Below, in pieces: positions 25,914 to 39,100 of a stretch of DNA of 64,000 nucleotides. Position numbers and translations under genes: made by a program. Positions within the stretch are counted from its first letter, which is position 1. The number at the start of each line of letters is the position of its first letter. Source of the DNA: Vairimorpha necatrix (lineage: Eukaryota). The DNA is taken from assembly GCA_036630325.1 (NCBI GenBank), contig CP142732.1, positions 1 through 64,000 of the forward strand, in the 5' to 3' direction. The notes below the pieces were generated by a model. That model did no database searches, had not been told where the DNA came from, and was given only the letters and a program-made list of their open reading frames with translations.

Positions 25914-27933
25914 TAATATAGCAGTCAATAAGGAGCATGGAAACAAGCTGAAGACTATGTGGATAGATGTAAAGAAAGCCTACGACTCCGTAGACCATTC
26001 TTATCTATTAACATGTATTAGCAAGTTGAATCTCCCTCAATGGATAAGTAAATTCTTAGAAGCCACGGTTAAAAGGTGGCACATTGAGATAAAATCAGGA
26101 TCGGAAACGATACTGAATAAGAAGATTGAAAGAGGCATATTACAAGGGGATTCCCTGTCGCCGCTTTTGTTTGTACTATGTATGGACCCGTTGAGCAGGA
26201 AACTGAATTCAACTTACCCAAAAGTAGGAATACAGACTCACGAGAGTGTTTATGTAACAAACCATCTTCTATTTATTGATGATCTTAAGCTCCTAGCAGA
26301 GAACGATGACGTTTTAAAACTGATGAAAGAGGAAACTAAAAAGTTTTTCTCTGCTGTAGGTTTAGAAATGAATAGGAGTAAGTCTGCAACTAACTGTAGT
26401 GATTGTAGTGAAGATGCAGTAGTACTAGAAGGGCATCAAGGATACAAATACCTTGGAATAACAGAAGATGCCTCTAGTGCTATCAAAAGAGAGACTTTTG
26501 AAAAAGTAAGAAGTGAGATCCTACAGAGGGTTGAAAAACTGTGCAAGACTCAATTAAATGGTAAGAATATGATTCGAGCTATAAACGAGCATGCAATATC
26601 AGTAATAAACTATCATGTAGGATTATTAAAATTAGAACCAATAGATTTCAAAAGTCTCGATTTTGATATCCGACAGGTACTTATCAAGTACCAGGTCCAT
26701 CTGCAGCCAGCCTGCAAGGAAAGACTATACCTTCCTAGATCCGAAATGGGCAGAGGCCTCATAAGTATCGAAGATAGAAGCGAAAGTATGCTTCTGAATA
26801 TTTATAAAACATTAGATGGGTCTAGAAATAGCTCACTAAGACGGGCAGCGATACTTAAAGTAGAGGCAGAGAGCAAATCCCACTTGTTTACAATAAACGA
26901 GTATCTAAGGATTAGGTATAGCTTTGTAGGAGAGATAACCCAGAAGATGCTAATAGAATCCCAAAAAGAAGCGCTTTACAACAAAATTAACATAAGGACA
27001 AACCATGGAAAGTTGTTTAAAGCTAGGGACAATGATTTAGTAAGCATTAGGGACTCTTCTACCTGGCTGGTTAAAGGAAACAATCAGGCTAGATCCGAAG
27101 CAATTTACTGCTTCCTACAGGATAGAAATATCTTCTGTGGACAAGAGGGACAATGTCCCCATTGTGGATCTCATAGGAAGACCGTGGATCATTTAGCTAC
27201 CAAGTGTGATCGAATGTTGGGTTTTGATTATATTAAAAGACACAACGAGGTAGTTAGATGCATTCATCTCTTACTATGTATTAAATATGGGCTTAAGAAG
27301 ACAAAGAAAATACGTGGACACTCAGTACAAGAGATCATGGAAAATGATCGTGCAGAAATAAGAGTAGATACGAGAATATCCACTAATATAAAGGTAACCC
27401 ATAATAAGCCTGATATTCTTGTGTTTGACAAGAAGAAGAAAGAAATTTTAATAGTTGAAGTTGGTATAACCAACCAGGATCGACTTACTATAGTTGAGAA
27501 TGAAAAACTAAGAAAATATGACCTTCTTGCAAATGAACTGGGACTAATACATAAATCCCGGACAAGAATAGTTCCTTATGTAATGACATGGGATGGAGTG
27601 GTGACCAAATATCACAGAAAGTACATCAAGGAGCTAGAAATCCAACCCTACCTGGAAGCATATATCCAGTCTATTGTGATGAAGAAGACTCTAGAGTCCA
27701 TCTCTTTGGAACGACGACGAGGATACGATCAGGAGGATGCAGGAGAAGAAGAAGTGGCTAGAGCTGTAAGCGCACTAGCGAATATGGCGACTGTTAAAGA
27801 AGTGGTGTCGGCAAAGGGGAATGAAGCTGCTAAAGTGAAGTTGGAAAACATTAATAATTCCACAGAAACCAAAGTCTGTGAAGAGCTGAATCCCATGAGC
27901 GATACCGGGGAAAGCTGTGCTATGAATATCTAA
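25828..27933 (+). CDS. RT-CCHC-RLE polyprotein, N-terminally truncated; first 27 codons derive from the flanking repeat
   Basis: WIDVKKAYDSV, GILQGDSLSPLLF, LLFIDD, YKYLG, CPHC..H..C, RHN and KPDI..D..IVEV..EK..KY motifs. Confidence 0.9.
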
Positions 27934-27965
27934 ACATAATTGAAAATTAACTCAATAAATCTTTT

Positions 27966-27971
<6 letters not shown>
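25911..27971 (+). mobile_element. 5'-truncated RLE-type (R4/Dong-like) non-LTR retrotransposon inserted in (TA)n
   Basis: (TA)n on both sides (25880-25910 and 27972-27999); AATAAA at 27954; RT + CCHC + restriction-like endonuclease ORF. Confidence 0.92.
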
Positions 27972-27999
<28 letters not shown>

Positions 28000-30900
28000 C
28001 AAGAAAGAGATGGAAAAATAACAAATCTTTTATATGGCTCAAAAACAAAAAAAGACACACAAAGTTCACTTATATACCAATAATATATATTTATATGTAG
28101 TCTTAGGCGTTCTAAATTTTACGACGTTGTTATTTCCTTCTTATATGTTTATAAAGTTATAGTTAATTATCTATAAAAAACATTTGAAATTATTTTTCTC
28201 TTAAAAATATCATCAAGAAAACCAATACTTCTAACTTGACATACATATACTATAAATAATAATTATATTTTGTTTAGAAGTAAAGTTGATTTTCTTCTTC
28301 TTTCAAGTTCATTATCCTTCTTATATATACATATATAATTTCAATTGATTTTTTAAAAAGAGTATAAGTTCTGTTTTTCTTAGTACCTCAATGATTTGAA
28401 TATATTAACCAATATTTCGATACAGTATGTTTCTGTTTGTTGTTAAAATACGTTATGTTAAAGATTTTTTAATAATTTAGCTTCATAGTGTATATAGTAT
28501 ATTATTGTTTTATAAGTACAATTTAAAAGGTTGAATTTCTATATTTACACTATTAAAAATTATGGTTAATTCTTTGGCACAACTTCTTCATACATCGATC
28601 ATCTAAAAACTTAAAGGGCTAACAAACCATAATTAATGATCTAAATATACAAAAATATAAATAAATAATAAATACTTTCATCCCTTTGTTTTGCGGACTT
28701 AAATTGTTTCTTAAGTTAAGAATTGGTCTTTTTCTAAATAAAAAATACCTAACATACTTACCTAACCTACAAGAAAAACGATTCTCAATAAAGTTTTTTT
28801 TAGTTAACACTAAAATTGACTTAATATACAAAATTAAATTCCATCCCTTTTTTTTTATTATATTATCATATCACTTAGTTATAAAATATACTCATAATTG
28901 TTTGACAAGTTAAATTCTTGCTTCGATTAAACTAATATAAATATTATTCAAACATACGTTGTATTTAATAAATTATGATATTATGAAAACAATGCAATAT
29001 AATCTATGATCAAAGGTTCTGTCGACTAGTTTACAACTATTTATTTAGGAAACGTAATTTAAAATCTAAATAATGTAATATTTAAAAATATATGCAATAG
29101 ACTTAAGCCAAATTTTGGACTGTGTCATCTATACAGACCAGTGTTATACAAGAATTTTAAAATGTTCTGCAATACTATTCTTTAATAATAAAACTTATAA
29201 ACGAATTAGTTTGGTAATGCGATACGCAAAGAAATTACTCTTTATGGGATAAATTTATAAATTTGTTTAAACTTTCAGTAAACGATCGCAAAGACAAGCA
29301 TATATAACATTTGGAAAATATTTTATCTATTAATATATAAATTTAAGCTATATCTGAATCAAAAAAAATTTATTTTGTAATTTAGATTTATGAGAAGGAT
29401 AATTTATTATTACATTGTTTATAAATTTATTGTTAGTTATTTCCTAGAACACATTTTTTTATTAAATCTATTTTTTTTAAATCCCATAACTTGTATCTAT
29501 ATTGTTATTTGTCTTTTAAATGATTTAATTAGAAAACTTTCGGAATTTCAATATAATAAAGTTAAATAATGAGATCTTCTACTTTTTGATTCTTGGTATA
29601 TACACAGTAACATGAACTAGAATGTAAGGTGTATTTAAAGGTATAGTTGTAGTATATCTTTTGCTATTAAAAATTTATATGGATAACAAAAATAAATTAT
29701 AAAATGTAGCATATGATATTAATTTTGCTTTTATTTATAAATTTTGTTGGATCAATCAAATTATTAAATAAGAATCTTAAATCGAAATGTTTATCTATAG
29801 CAGTCATTTACCTATCTCATCATTAAACTAATTCTCCAAATTCTAACTACGTAGGTATTTGTATTTGTTTTTAACTTCATCTTAAGGAAAAAAAATAAAT
29901 TTATAATTGTATGCTTATCACATACTAAAGTTATATTTAAAGCACTATTATGAAGTCTATATTATTTTATCATTACATGAGCATATTATATTTATCTATC
30001 CTTAATATATTATTGATTATAAATTTCTTTATGTAAGGTTTATGTTTATTACACAATGTTCATTATTGATTTAGTCCATTACACTATTTCGTTAACAATT
30101 AAATTCAAAAATCTTATGTCTTATTAAAGTATTAAAACTTCTTTTTAAAAATTTGAACTAATTTTTATTGTAAAAAAATCATAATAACAAGTTTTAGCAA
30201 ACATAATTAATTTAGATTTTAAATTATTAAGATGAAATATTTTAGATATATCATTTTATGGACCTATATCTGAGAACCGTAAAGCCGTGAATACGTATTC
30301 ATAATTGATAGGATTTTGGAAAGCCTGAGGTGTGTCAATCATGATAGTACGTAAAAATGATTCGGTTTTATAAGAGGAATATAAATGTTGAATTTTGAAT
30401 TTTTATATAACTGTAATAATAGTTTGTTGAATATGATCGCATTAACCTAAAAAAGGCAATATATATCTAATAATACTTATTAAATCTTTTAGTTTACACT
30501 TCTTTTATTTTTCGTGATAGCTAAAACAAATCAATAAATTTCTTTTTGTAAGTAACTAGTTTTTTTTTGTTTTGTGTTGTAATAAAATTTTTGGAAAAAG
30601 TTATGTTTTTGAATATTATATATTCTTCAGCTTTATATATAATTTATACCATTATATTGAATTTTTAAAATTTTTTTATTTTAAATCAAATAATTTTAAT
30701 AAATATAAATAAGATCTTTGTGATCATATTTTAGTAACGAATTCATTTTTTAAAAGCTTTAAATTTACAAACAAAGCGATAATTAAATACTTTGCTTCTA
30801 ATTGCGAAATAGTTGAGTCTTAATGTGATATTGATAAAATATTAGTAGAATCAAAAAATAACATAATTTAGGGCCTAAGATTTATATTTTTAGGATTCTA

Positions 30901-31539
30901 TTTAATATTCATGTTTTATTCGATGATAAGATGGATTTAAAGCAGATCTAAATATATTAATATTTGGGATTTGTTATTTTAATACAAAATAAGTATTCTA
31001 TCTGATTTATGTATAACCGAAATATTTGAATATATATAGACTTGTCAATAATATCAAAAGATTAATTGTGGTACTAGAATAAGTAATTTTGAATTCTAGC
31101 GATTTCAGTTTGTAATATCATTGTTGTATCTTGGTTGTTTATTTCTAATAAACTCTGAATTTTAAAGATATTATGTAAATTTTACATAAAATATATTATT
31201 TGGTTTAAAGAATTTATTTGATAGATGTACTAGAACAGCTTTGTTTGTCAAATCGATTATAATTTATTGGTAGATATAAAATATCCCTTTATTAGAAATC
31301 TGTTTATCTTGTAGTTCTAACGTTATATACATAACAAAATCTGATTTTCTAAAATTCATCTTTATTAATAATACTTTTTCATAAATATAATTTTTTATTT
31401 TAATTATATTTATTCCGTGTCTTGTTTTATATATTTACCGTTTATTATAATATTAAATTATATTTAGTAATTTGTCTGATTCATAATTTCATATAAATAA
31501 TCTAATTATTTTGATAAATATTCATCTTTTTTTACTCAA

Positions 31540-31825
31540 TGAATTTAATTAGAGTATGAATATTGTAGTTTATATTTATAGTTTAACAGGGGTGGGTTCC
31601 GTGTTAGCGTCTCCTGTTTGTAAATAGCTTTGTGGCTCCATAGTTTTTTCCACATCGGCTTCGTCACCTCTCATTCGGTAGTCCAGAGAAATGCTTTCTA
31701 GCGTCTTCTTTAGCGTTATCATCTGGATGTACGCTTCTACCTTCTTAAGGATTCCAAGTCTTGTGGTATATGATTTGTGGAACTTAGTCACGATACCGTC
31801 CCAAGTGATTAAGTAGGAAATTTCT
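31540..31825 (-). mobile_element. 3' fragment of RLE-type non-LTR retrotransposon (family 2)
   Basis: YLITWDGIVTKFHK...VEAYIQMITLKKTLESISL is homologous to the C-terminus of 25828-27933. Confidence 0.9.
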
Positions 31826-32760
31826 CTGTTATAAAACCATATATTAAATCTTATTTTATATTTTTCATTTTAGTTTATTTATGATAATAAGCTTGATCAT
31901 TTATAAAATATTGAATTGTGACTAATGATATCAAATTAAACATATTAGAAGGTTCTTTTTTTCTAAATGATTTGATTCTTTAATAGTTTTATTGATAACT
32001 ATTATTAAATTATTAAAATTTGTATATTTTAATATTTTCGTATGACTGAAATTTTATAATAAAAAAATATTAATTTTTATATTTAAATAACTTTTAAATT
32101 TTAAATAAACTCATCTTATAAAGAAGAAAACTTTAATCTAAAAAAATTGCTTTTAATTCTAGATAATTTTCTAATAATTATTAATTGTAAACCTTTTTGT
32201 ATAAACATCATTTTTTGACTTTGAGAAATTATGCCTATAGTATGAAGTTCTAAATGCTAAATTTTTAAACAATTTGCGATAAGTTTTCTTTTAAAATTTA
32301 TTTTGATATATTACAAATTTTTTATGAAATTGATAGATCTTTTAGATCTTAGTATATGACTCAATGGGACGAAAAACAAAACAAATATTATTCTTGTCAT
32401 GTGTTGGATAAAAAATTACTAATTTATTTTTCTTTTTTAAATGTTTTCAAATAACATTTTATGTTCGAATAAAAGTGCGTAATTATAAAATTAAAAATTG
32501 ATTTGCCGAAAAATTGTCATAGTATATTTTACTGTATGATTATACTTACTATTTGTTTCTTTCTATTCTTTATTAGGCTTCTCTAGATAAATTTTTGATT
32601 AATGTTAAAGAGTCGATATATAGTCTATTTAAAGAATATAGAAAAGGTATATAATGCTTTCGGTGCAACATATTCTAATTTTATGGCTAGAATTCAAAAA
32701 TAAATTAAAGTTTAGTTTTTCTCTTTTTCAAACTTTACATTTTTTAATATAACAGATACA

Positions 32761-32807
32761 CCTACCTAACCTACTACCTACCCTACCTACCTACCTAACC
32801 TAACTAA
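32761..32807 (-). repeat. Interstitial telomeric remnant (CCTA/CCTAA)
   Basis: cctacctaacctactacctaccctacctacctacctaacctaactaa directly before copy B, in the same orientation as the terminal tract. Confidence 0.92.
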
Positions 32808-32970
32808 CACGTAAGCTTTTAGCCCTCAAAACTTCCTCAATCTTTTGTTTAAAAAATTTATCAGTTAAATCAATATGTAACTAAAATAAATAAAAAAAGA
32901 AAATTTTTAATAAAAATTTATCTAACTATTTTTTTTATTCAATTATTTTTTTTTCAGATTAATGATTATA

Positions 32971-35900
32971 TGTTATACATTTATTTAATAGGAAAGTTCA
33001 ACCCTAACATTTCTCCTTCAAACGGATAGTCTCAGGTTACAAGCTTCTAATTTATCATTTTTATAAAATTATAGGTCATAATGTCTTTCTTAATGTATCT
33101 TCCGCTATCAGTCCTTACAAAATAAGAATCATTCTATAGTTTCCGAATATTTTACCGACACTTGTAAATCTTCCTTTTGTACTTTTCATCTATTTACCCA
33201 AGTTTTTTATCTTGCGATTCTCACAGCCTGATCTACTTCAAATTTTTCTCTATGCTTTTGTTTAAACTTACTTGCATACACATTCTTTTTATTGTTTTCA
33301 ATTAAGACTTCTTTTCCTTGTTCTTTCCATGCTTCCATTGGTGTACATTTAATCGCTGTGTGTAGAGTGTTATTATAGGTTCTTGCAGCTTGTTCTAGTT
33401 TTTCCTCTGGGTTTCCTTTTTTTTTTGATCATCGGTTCCCTTATTGTTCAAATACATCGTTCTATTCTCCAATTAACCCTATGAGCTTCTAAATATACTT
33501 TCCATTGCATTATTCCATTTTCTTTACACCAAGTTACAAACTTCTGACTGACAAATTCCTTGCCGTTATCCGAAATATTCATCTAGGCATCCATCTTCAT
33601 TTATCCATTATCCTAAAATTTTCGTAATAACATCATTTCCCTTATTTTCCATCTTTGCGCCCCATACTCTTCTCGTAAAGGAGTCAGTCCCTAATAGCAC
33701 GTATATTTTTTTCCTCAATATCCATTACGTCTAAGCCTACTTTTTCTAATTTCTTAAATGTTGTAACAAATTTGGAACCTCCGGTCGTTTTATGTTATTA
33801 ATGCTACATACTTCACAATTTTTTAGCGTTGTGGTTATCTGGTCCAATACCTTGCCAGTACAGTCTTTGTTTTTCCTTATAATAAGTTTTTATTCACTCC
33901 TCGATGATTTAATTCCTCATGAACTCTGGAATTACTGTCTATTGTTAGTTCGTTGTGTAGTAGTTTTTTAATTTCTCCTGTTGAGAACTTCAAATAGTTT
34001 TTACCTTCTATTTTAACCATGCGCTTTATTTCTTTCCCTTTCATCTGTTTTTAAGTCCGTTTCTATCTTTCGCTGCTTTTTTTTATCACTTTGTTATTTT
34101 TAAATTGTCTACTAAGAGCATCTACATCCGTCATCCATTCTCCTTTTACATATTCAATAGTAAAATCGAACTCTTGTATGTTTTTTATCCATCTATTATT
34201 TTTGTTAGTTTTGCGAAACGGTTTGTTTCTAATCTCAGCAAGTTCTTTATGATTTGTCATTTAATGAAATTTGCTTCTCTCAAATCGGATTCGAATTTCT
34301 TTATTCCAAATAACACTGTCAACATCACTTTTTCATTAATCATATACCTTTTTTCTGTTGCTGTTAACATTTTTGATGCCCATTGTATCTGATTCCACCT
34401 TCCTTCTTTGTCTTCTTGCAATAGTATAGCTCAAGTTCCCGTATCGTATGCATCTGTCCTTACTCTACACATTTTTTTACTATCTACCATTTTTAATTTT
34501 TTCACACCTTTAAACCCTCTTTGATATCCATAAGAGCTCTTTCCATATCTTCGGACCATTCCCATTTAACATCTTTTTTTAGTGCTTCTGTAAGAAGCGC
34601 TGACAGATAAGCATAATGGGGAATAAAATCTCTTAACCAGCCTGCACGTCCTCAAATCTCTTAAGCTCTTTCATCTTGTTAGGCCTTCTGTATTCTAATG
34701 TCTCTTGCTTTTAAATTTCATTTGGTGTAATGTCTTCTACGTTAATTGTTACTCCAAGTAGTTTTACTTCTCCTTTATATTGTATTTTTTTTAAGTTTTT
34801 TTTTAATCCACATTCGTTAAATAATCGAATTACTTGTTTTAATAAATTTTCGTGTATATTACTATCTCTTGCATGAATAATAATAATATCATCCATGTAC
34901 ACCTCAACACTCTTGCCTCTAAACTTATCTAAAACTCCGTTCATCACTTTTTACATAAAATAGGAAGATTTTTAAATCCCATTACCATGCTATTCTTTTT
35001 GTAAAGTCTAACATTTATCTCAAAAGCTTTCTTATGCTTTTGAGCTTTCTTAATTTCTATATGATAGAATCCTTCCTTTAGTTCTATAACCATAAATACA
35101 ATAGAACCTTATGTTGCCCTAATAATGTCTCTAATCAATGGCAATTCATACGGATCTTTTTGCACCAGTTCGTTTAAAGCCATCAAATTGCTTCTAAATT
35201 GTACTTCACCATTTAGTTTTTCTATAGTACTTATTGGGCTTCTCCATTCGCTCTTTGTCCTTCTGAAAATACCTCAACTTTCTTTTAAATTAATATACTT
35301 TTCTAACTTTTCTCGAATTATAAGAAATATTTTGTCTTTTTATAACTACTTTCACTCCTTGTTTTGTTTTGATAGAATATTTTCCCCCTGTTAAGTATTT
35401 TATTTACTCTTCGTCATTTCCTAATACTTCTGGAAATTTTCCTCTCAATTCTTCTAATTTATTAATATTTACCCCTTTTATCTTGTTTCGTTTTTTTTAC
35501 ATAAAAACTGTTTCTTGAGTTCTCTCTTTCTACCTCCACTGGTAGTCTCAATTTAAAATCATTTCCTTTTAATATTTTCATTTTACTATTATCACGAATG
35601 CCAAATCATTTAACACTTTTATATTCATTATTCTCTTCCTGTCTTCCTTTACGCTCCATACAACCTCTAGCTATATGTATAATTCTTCCACATATAAAAC
35701 AATGGTTTTCTTCTCGTCTTTGATATTGAAAGTTTCTTCCCGGCACTGCTACAGTCCTAGTCAGTTATTCTTTAATCTTCTTTTTAATTTTTCTTTCATA
35801 ACCTCTACCATATCTTCGAGTTCTCTACTCCTTAATTTTTACTTGTTCTTATTCTCTTTCTTTTCAACAACTAATTTATCAATTTCATCAATAATATCAT

Positions 35901-36146
35901 TCCAATTAATCATATTGATCAAATTTTTATCAATAATAAAATCCTGAAGTTCAGGAACTTACTTGTTTTATCGACTGCTTTGTTGTCACATCTTTTACAT
36001 CTTTCTTATTCTGATGATTGCTTCAACTCTCTTGGGCTTCTTTTAGTAATTTTCTCTTCTCTTAAACACAGGTCTCACTTGTTACCCTTTCATCTTTTGT
36101 GTTTGCCATGTTATACATTTATTTAATAGGAGGTTCAACTTTAACA
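32971..36146 (-). mobile_element. Decayed family-1 Gypsy with 38-39 bp LTRs, copy B
   Basis: LTRs at 32971-33009 and 36109-36146; TSD ttata at 32966-32970 and 36147-36151; VYMDD in ORF 34711-34947; CCHC knuckle at 35701-35660. Confidence 0.9.
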
Positions 36147-39100
36147 TTATAATTAAAACACAAAGTATTTTTGGTGTAATTCTGCGAATAAATTTATGTA
36201 AAAATATATTGTAAAAGTATTGAATCATGTCTTTATTTTGTAATATATTATTGTAAAAAATGTCATTCTTGTGTTTTGACATATTTCTTACTGGAAATAT
36301 TCGTATTATAATAGAAAAAAAATATTTTAGGGATATTATACAAATAACTTAAATCTCGAAAGCTTACTAACGCATATATACAGACATAGGAGCTCATAAT
36401 CTTTAGGAAAGCTTATGATAAATACTTTGAATAATAAAATTGAATCATTTTTCCAAGAAAGTAAAATGACGTGATAATTTGGAAACATTAAGGACTAGAT
36501 TCCAGTGTTTGTATAAAAATACAATACGAATAACTAATTACAGTTGAATATTTCACTATAAAATTACGTGATATAAAAATAGATCAATGAAAGTAATTAA
36601 GATTTATGTATAAATTAATATGATTTAATTTATTTTTATAACATAAGAAATTATAGAAAAAAATTGTTTTTATGAATATTTTTATGAATATTTATATCTA
36701 CTTGGCTGCTGCATAAGGATGTGGCTTCTTATAATGTATAATCTTATTTATTTATGTATTTGCCCAACTGTTCAGGAAGTCTTTTATAATTACAAATATT
36801 ATTGTGTCTATTTTTTATGTTCTCTTTGGGATTCAATTTTTTATGGTAGAAAATATAATATTTCATGAATAAGAGGGAGTGAAACTGTTAGATAATTGAA
36901 AAAAAACTTCCTATATAAAATATATTTGATATGTGATCATAATGCCCTAGATATGTTTGTTTATACTTCTATATTTAGTTTTATAACCGTTGGATTTTTT
37001 CTTGTTTGATCTTCATATAATTTTAATTATGAAGAGAACTAGTTTGATATATTTGATAACCAGTTAATATTGATAAATTTTTGCAATTCAGATATGTTTT
37101 ATATTCAAATTATTGCTTAAAAAATTGCGAATAGTTTAAAAGTAACCTATCATTATCTATGAAAATGTTTTACATAATGTGTATATTAAAATGTATTTTT
37201 TATGATGTAACACTTTCATGGATTATTGAAAAATTCCAATTTTTAATTAAATCATTAGATTGATTTCATTCTACGAAAATCAAAATGTTTATTCCAAAAA
37301 AAATTTATAAAAATTTTTTTGTTAAAATATTTACAATTTAATTTATCAATTTATTTTTATAATTTTTTTATCAATTAATATTTAAATTAAATATAATTTA
37401 ATTATTATTAAAAATCGTCAACCGCATCTATGTTTAATATGTAATTGGGTTTATGCATTAAACTATTTTCTGTCATTATTAAAAATAAGAATTGTTTTTT
37501 TAATTTATATGCTCTTACATTATATTATCCTTAAATTTATATAAATATAAATTGATTAGTTGCATTGGGTTTTGTTTATACTTTTTATTAACCCTTATTA
37601 GCTCTTATTAATTTATATTTTTAAATTCTTCGGTTAGTGTAGTTTTTTTTCGTAAAAATACTAATTCTGTTTTATTTTGATTTTATTTTTATCATAATTT
37701 TAGTATAAATAATAAATACGTGGAATATATGATATTTACTAGAAAAATTCATATGAAGAAATACGAAATTCATTTCCAGCTTAGTTTTGTGTATAAATTT
37801 ACAATTTGTATAAATATTGATTATCTTATTATTCGAAATGTATTTATATTGTTTTCTGACCATTATTAGATTTATTTCTTAATTATTTATAATTTTTTTC
37901 ATTGAAATAATTTTTTGTAGTAAATTTTATAATATTTTTACAGATTATAACCAAAAATTTCAAAATACTGTTTTAATATAGGATAACAGAATGGAATGTT
38001 CGTTGTTGTGTTCCTCTATAGATGTTTATATTTTATTTTTGTCGTATGTCTTATGTTTCTTTGAGACTTTAAATTTTCATTATGAATTTTCATGATATTA
38101 TTTGGTTTATATATGCTACATTTTTATGATAATTTTAAAAACTTAAGTTAAGCATAAAAAAATGAGTTTTTAGATATGATGGACTTCCAAAGTTCCCTTG
38201 CGATAAATAGTATTAACTTTTTTATATAAGAACGATTTAAATCATTTATAAAACTTTATGAAATATTGATTGTAATTTAGTAACTTTAATTTACAATTTT
38301 CTAAAACCCTCCATGATATGGTTTCTTTTGAAATACAAATATATGAAAATCTTTAATAGATTATTTTAAATATTTTGTTAAATTTTTCGTTATTAAATCA
38401 TATGTTTCTCGTGTAGGTTGTATATGTCATCATGTTTAATATGTAGGTGTAATATATTGCATTTTAAATTTTCGATTGATATATTATTTTTTAAAAAAAA
38501 TTCGTTATATGTTCTAAAACTATTACTTTTTTCAATCAGTCGGATGTGTATTATTAAGAGAGAAATTTGAAAATATAAAATATAATTTAATGATCAAAAA
38601 ATATTTTTTTCGTTTTAGTGGTTGAGACTTCTGATTAAATAGTCGTGAAAATTTATTTGTATATAAATTTTCTTCTTTTTACTTATCTAAAATTATTTGA
38701 ACGTTTAGTTTGAATGTTTTTATTAACTATTCTAGAAAACATATATATTTTCAAAACGAGTTTTAGTCCAATACGTTTTTTTTTAAAAAAGTTATCCTAC
38801 TACTTTAAATATATTTTCTTTTAAAAATTATTTTTGTAATATTAACCTCAATTATCTTTATTGAAATTGCATTTCGAAATATATTAGTTTTTTCAAAGAT
38901 TTTTATTGGAATTATGTTTATTTTACTTGTTGATAAATCTTTGTGTATTATAAAATTTATATTGAAGTAAAAAATTTTCTTGACCTTAATATACTTAGAT
39001 TTAATCTAACGCATTTTATTGAACTATAAACACTATATAATATCAAAATTAAATTTAATTTTACATTAAAAATATTGACTATAACGGTTATATTCAAATT

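Larger units (their letters stand above)
25161..28120. repeat. 159-bp tandem repeat, ~5.5 units, with the fifth unit interrupted by a LINE
   Basis: Units start at ~25161, 25320, 25479, 25638 and 25795. The unit resumes at ~27972 with tatacaagaaagagatggaaaaat. Confidence 0.9.

Noticed and set aside
28747-28770. Second interstitial telomere (cctaacatacttacctaacctac)
   Set aside because: Too short and degenerate, and not followed by the subtelomere junction sequence.
2857-32760. The 30-kb unit as an autonomous telomere-specific mobile element
   Set aside because: No intact helicase, recombinase or unit-level RT, and 9 kb of the unit is not shared; segmental duplication explains it.
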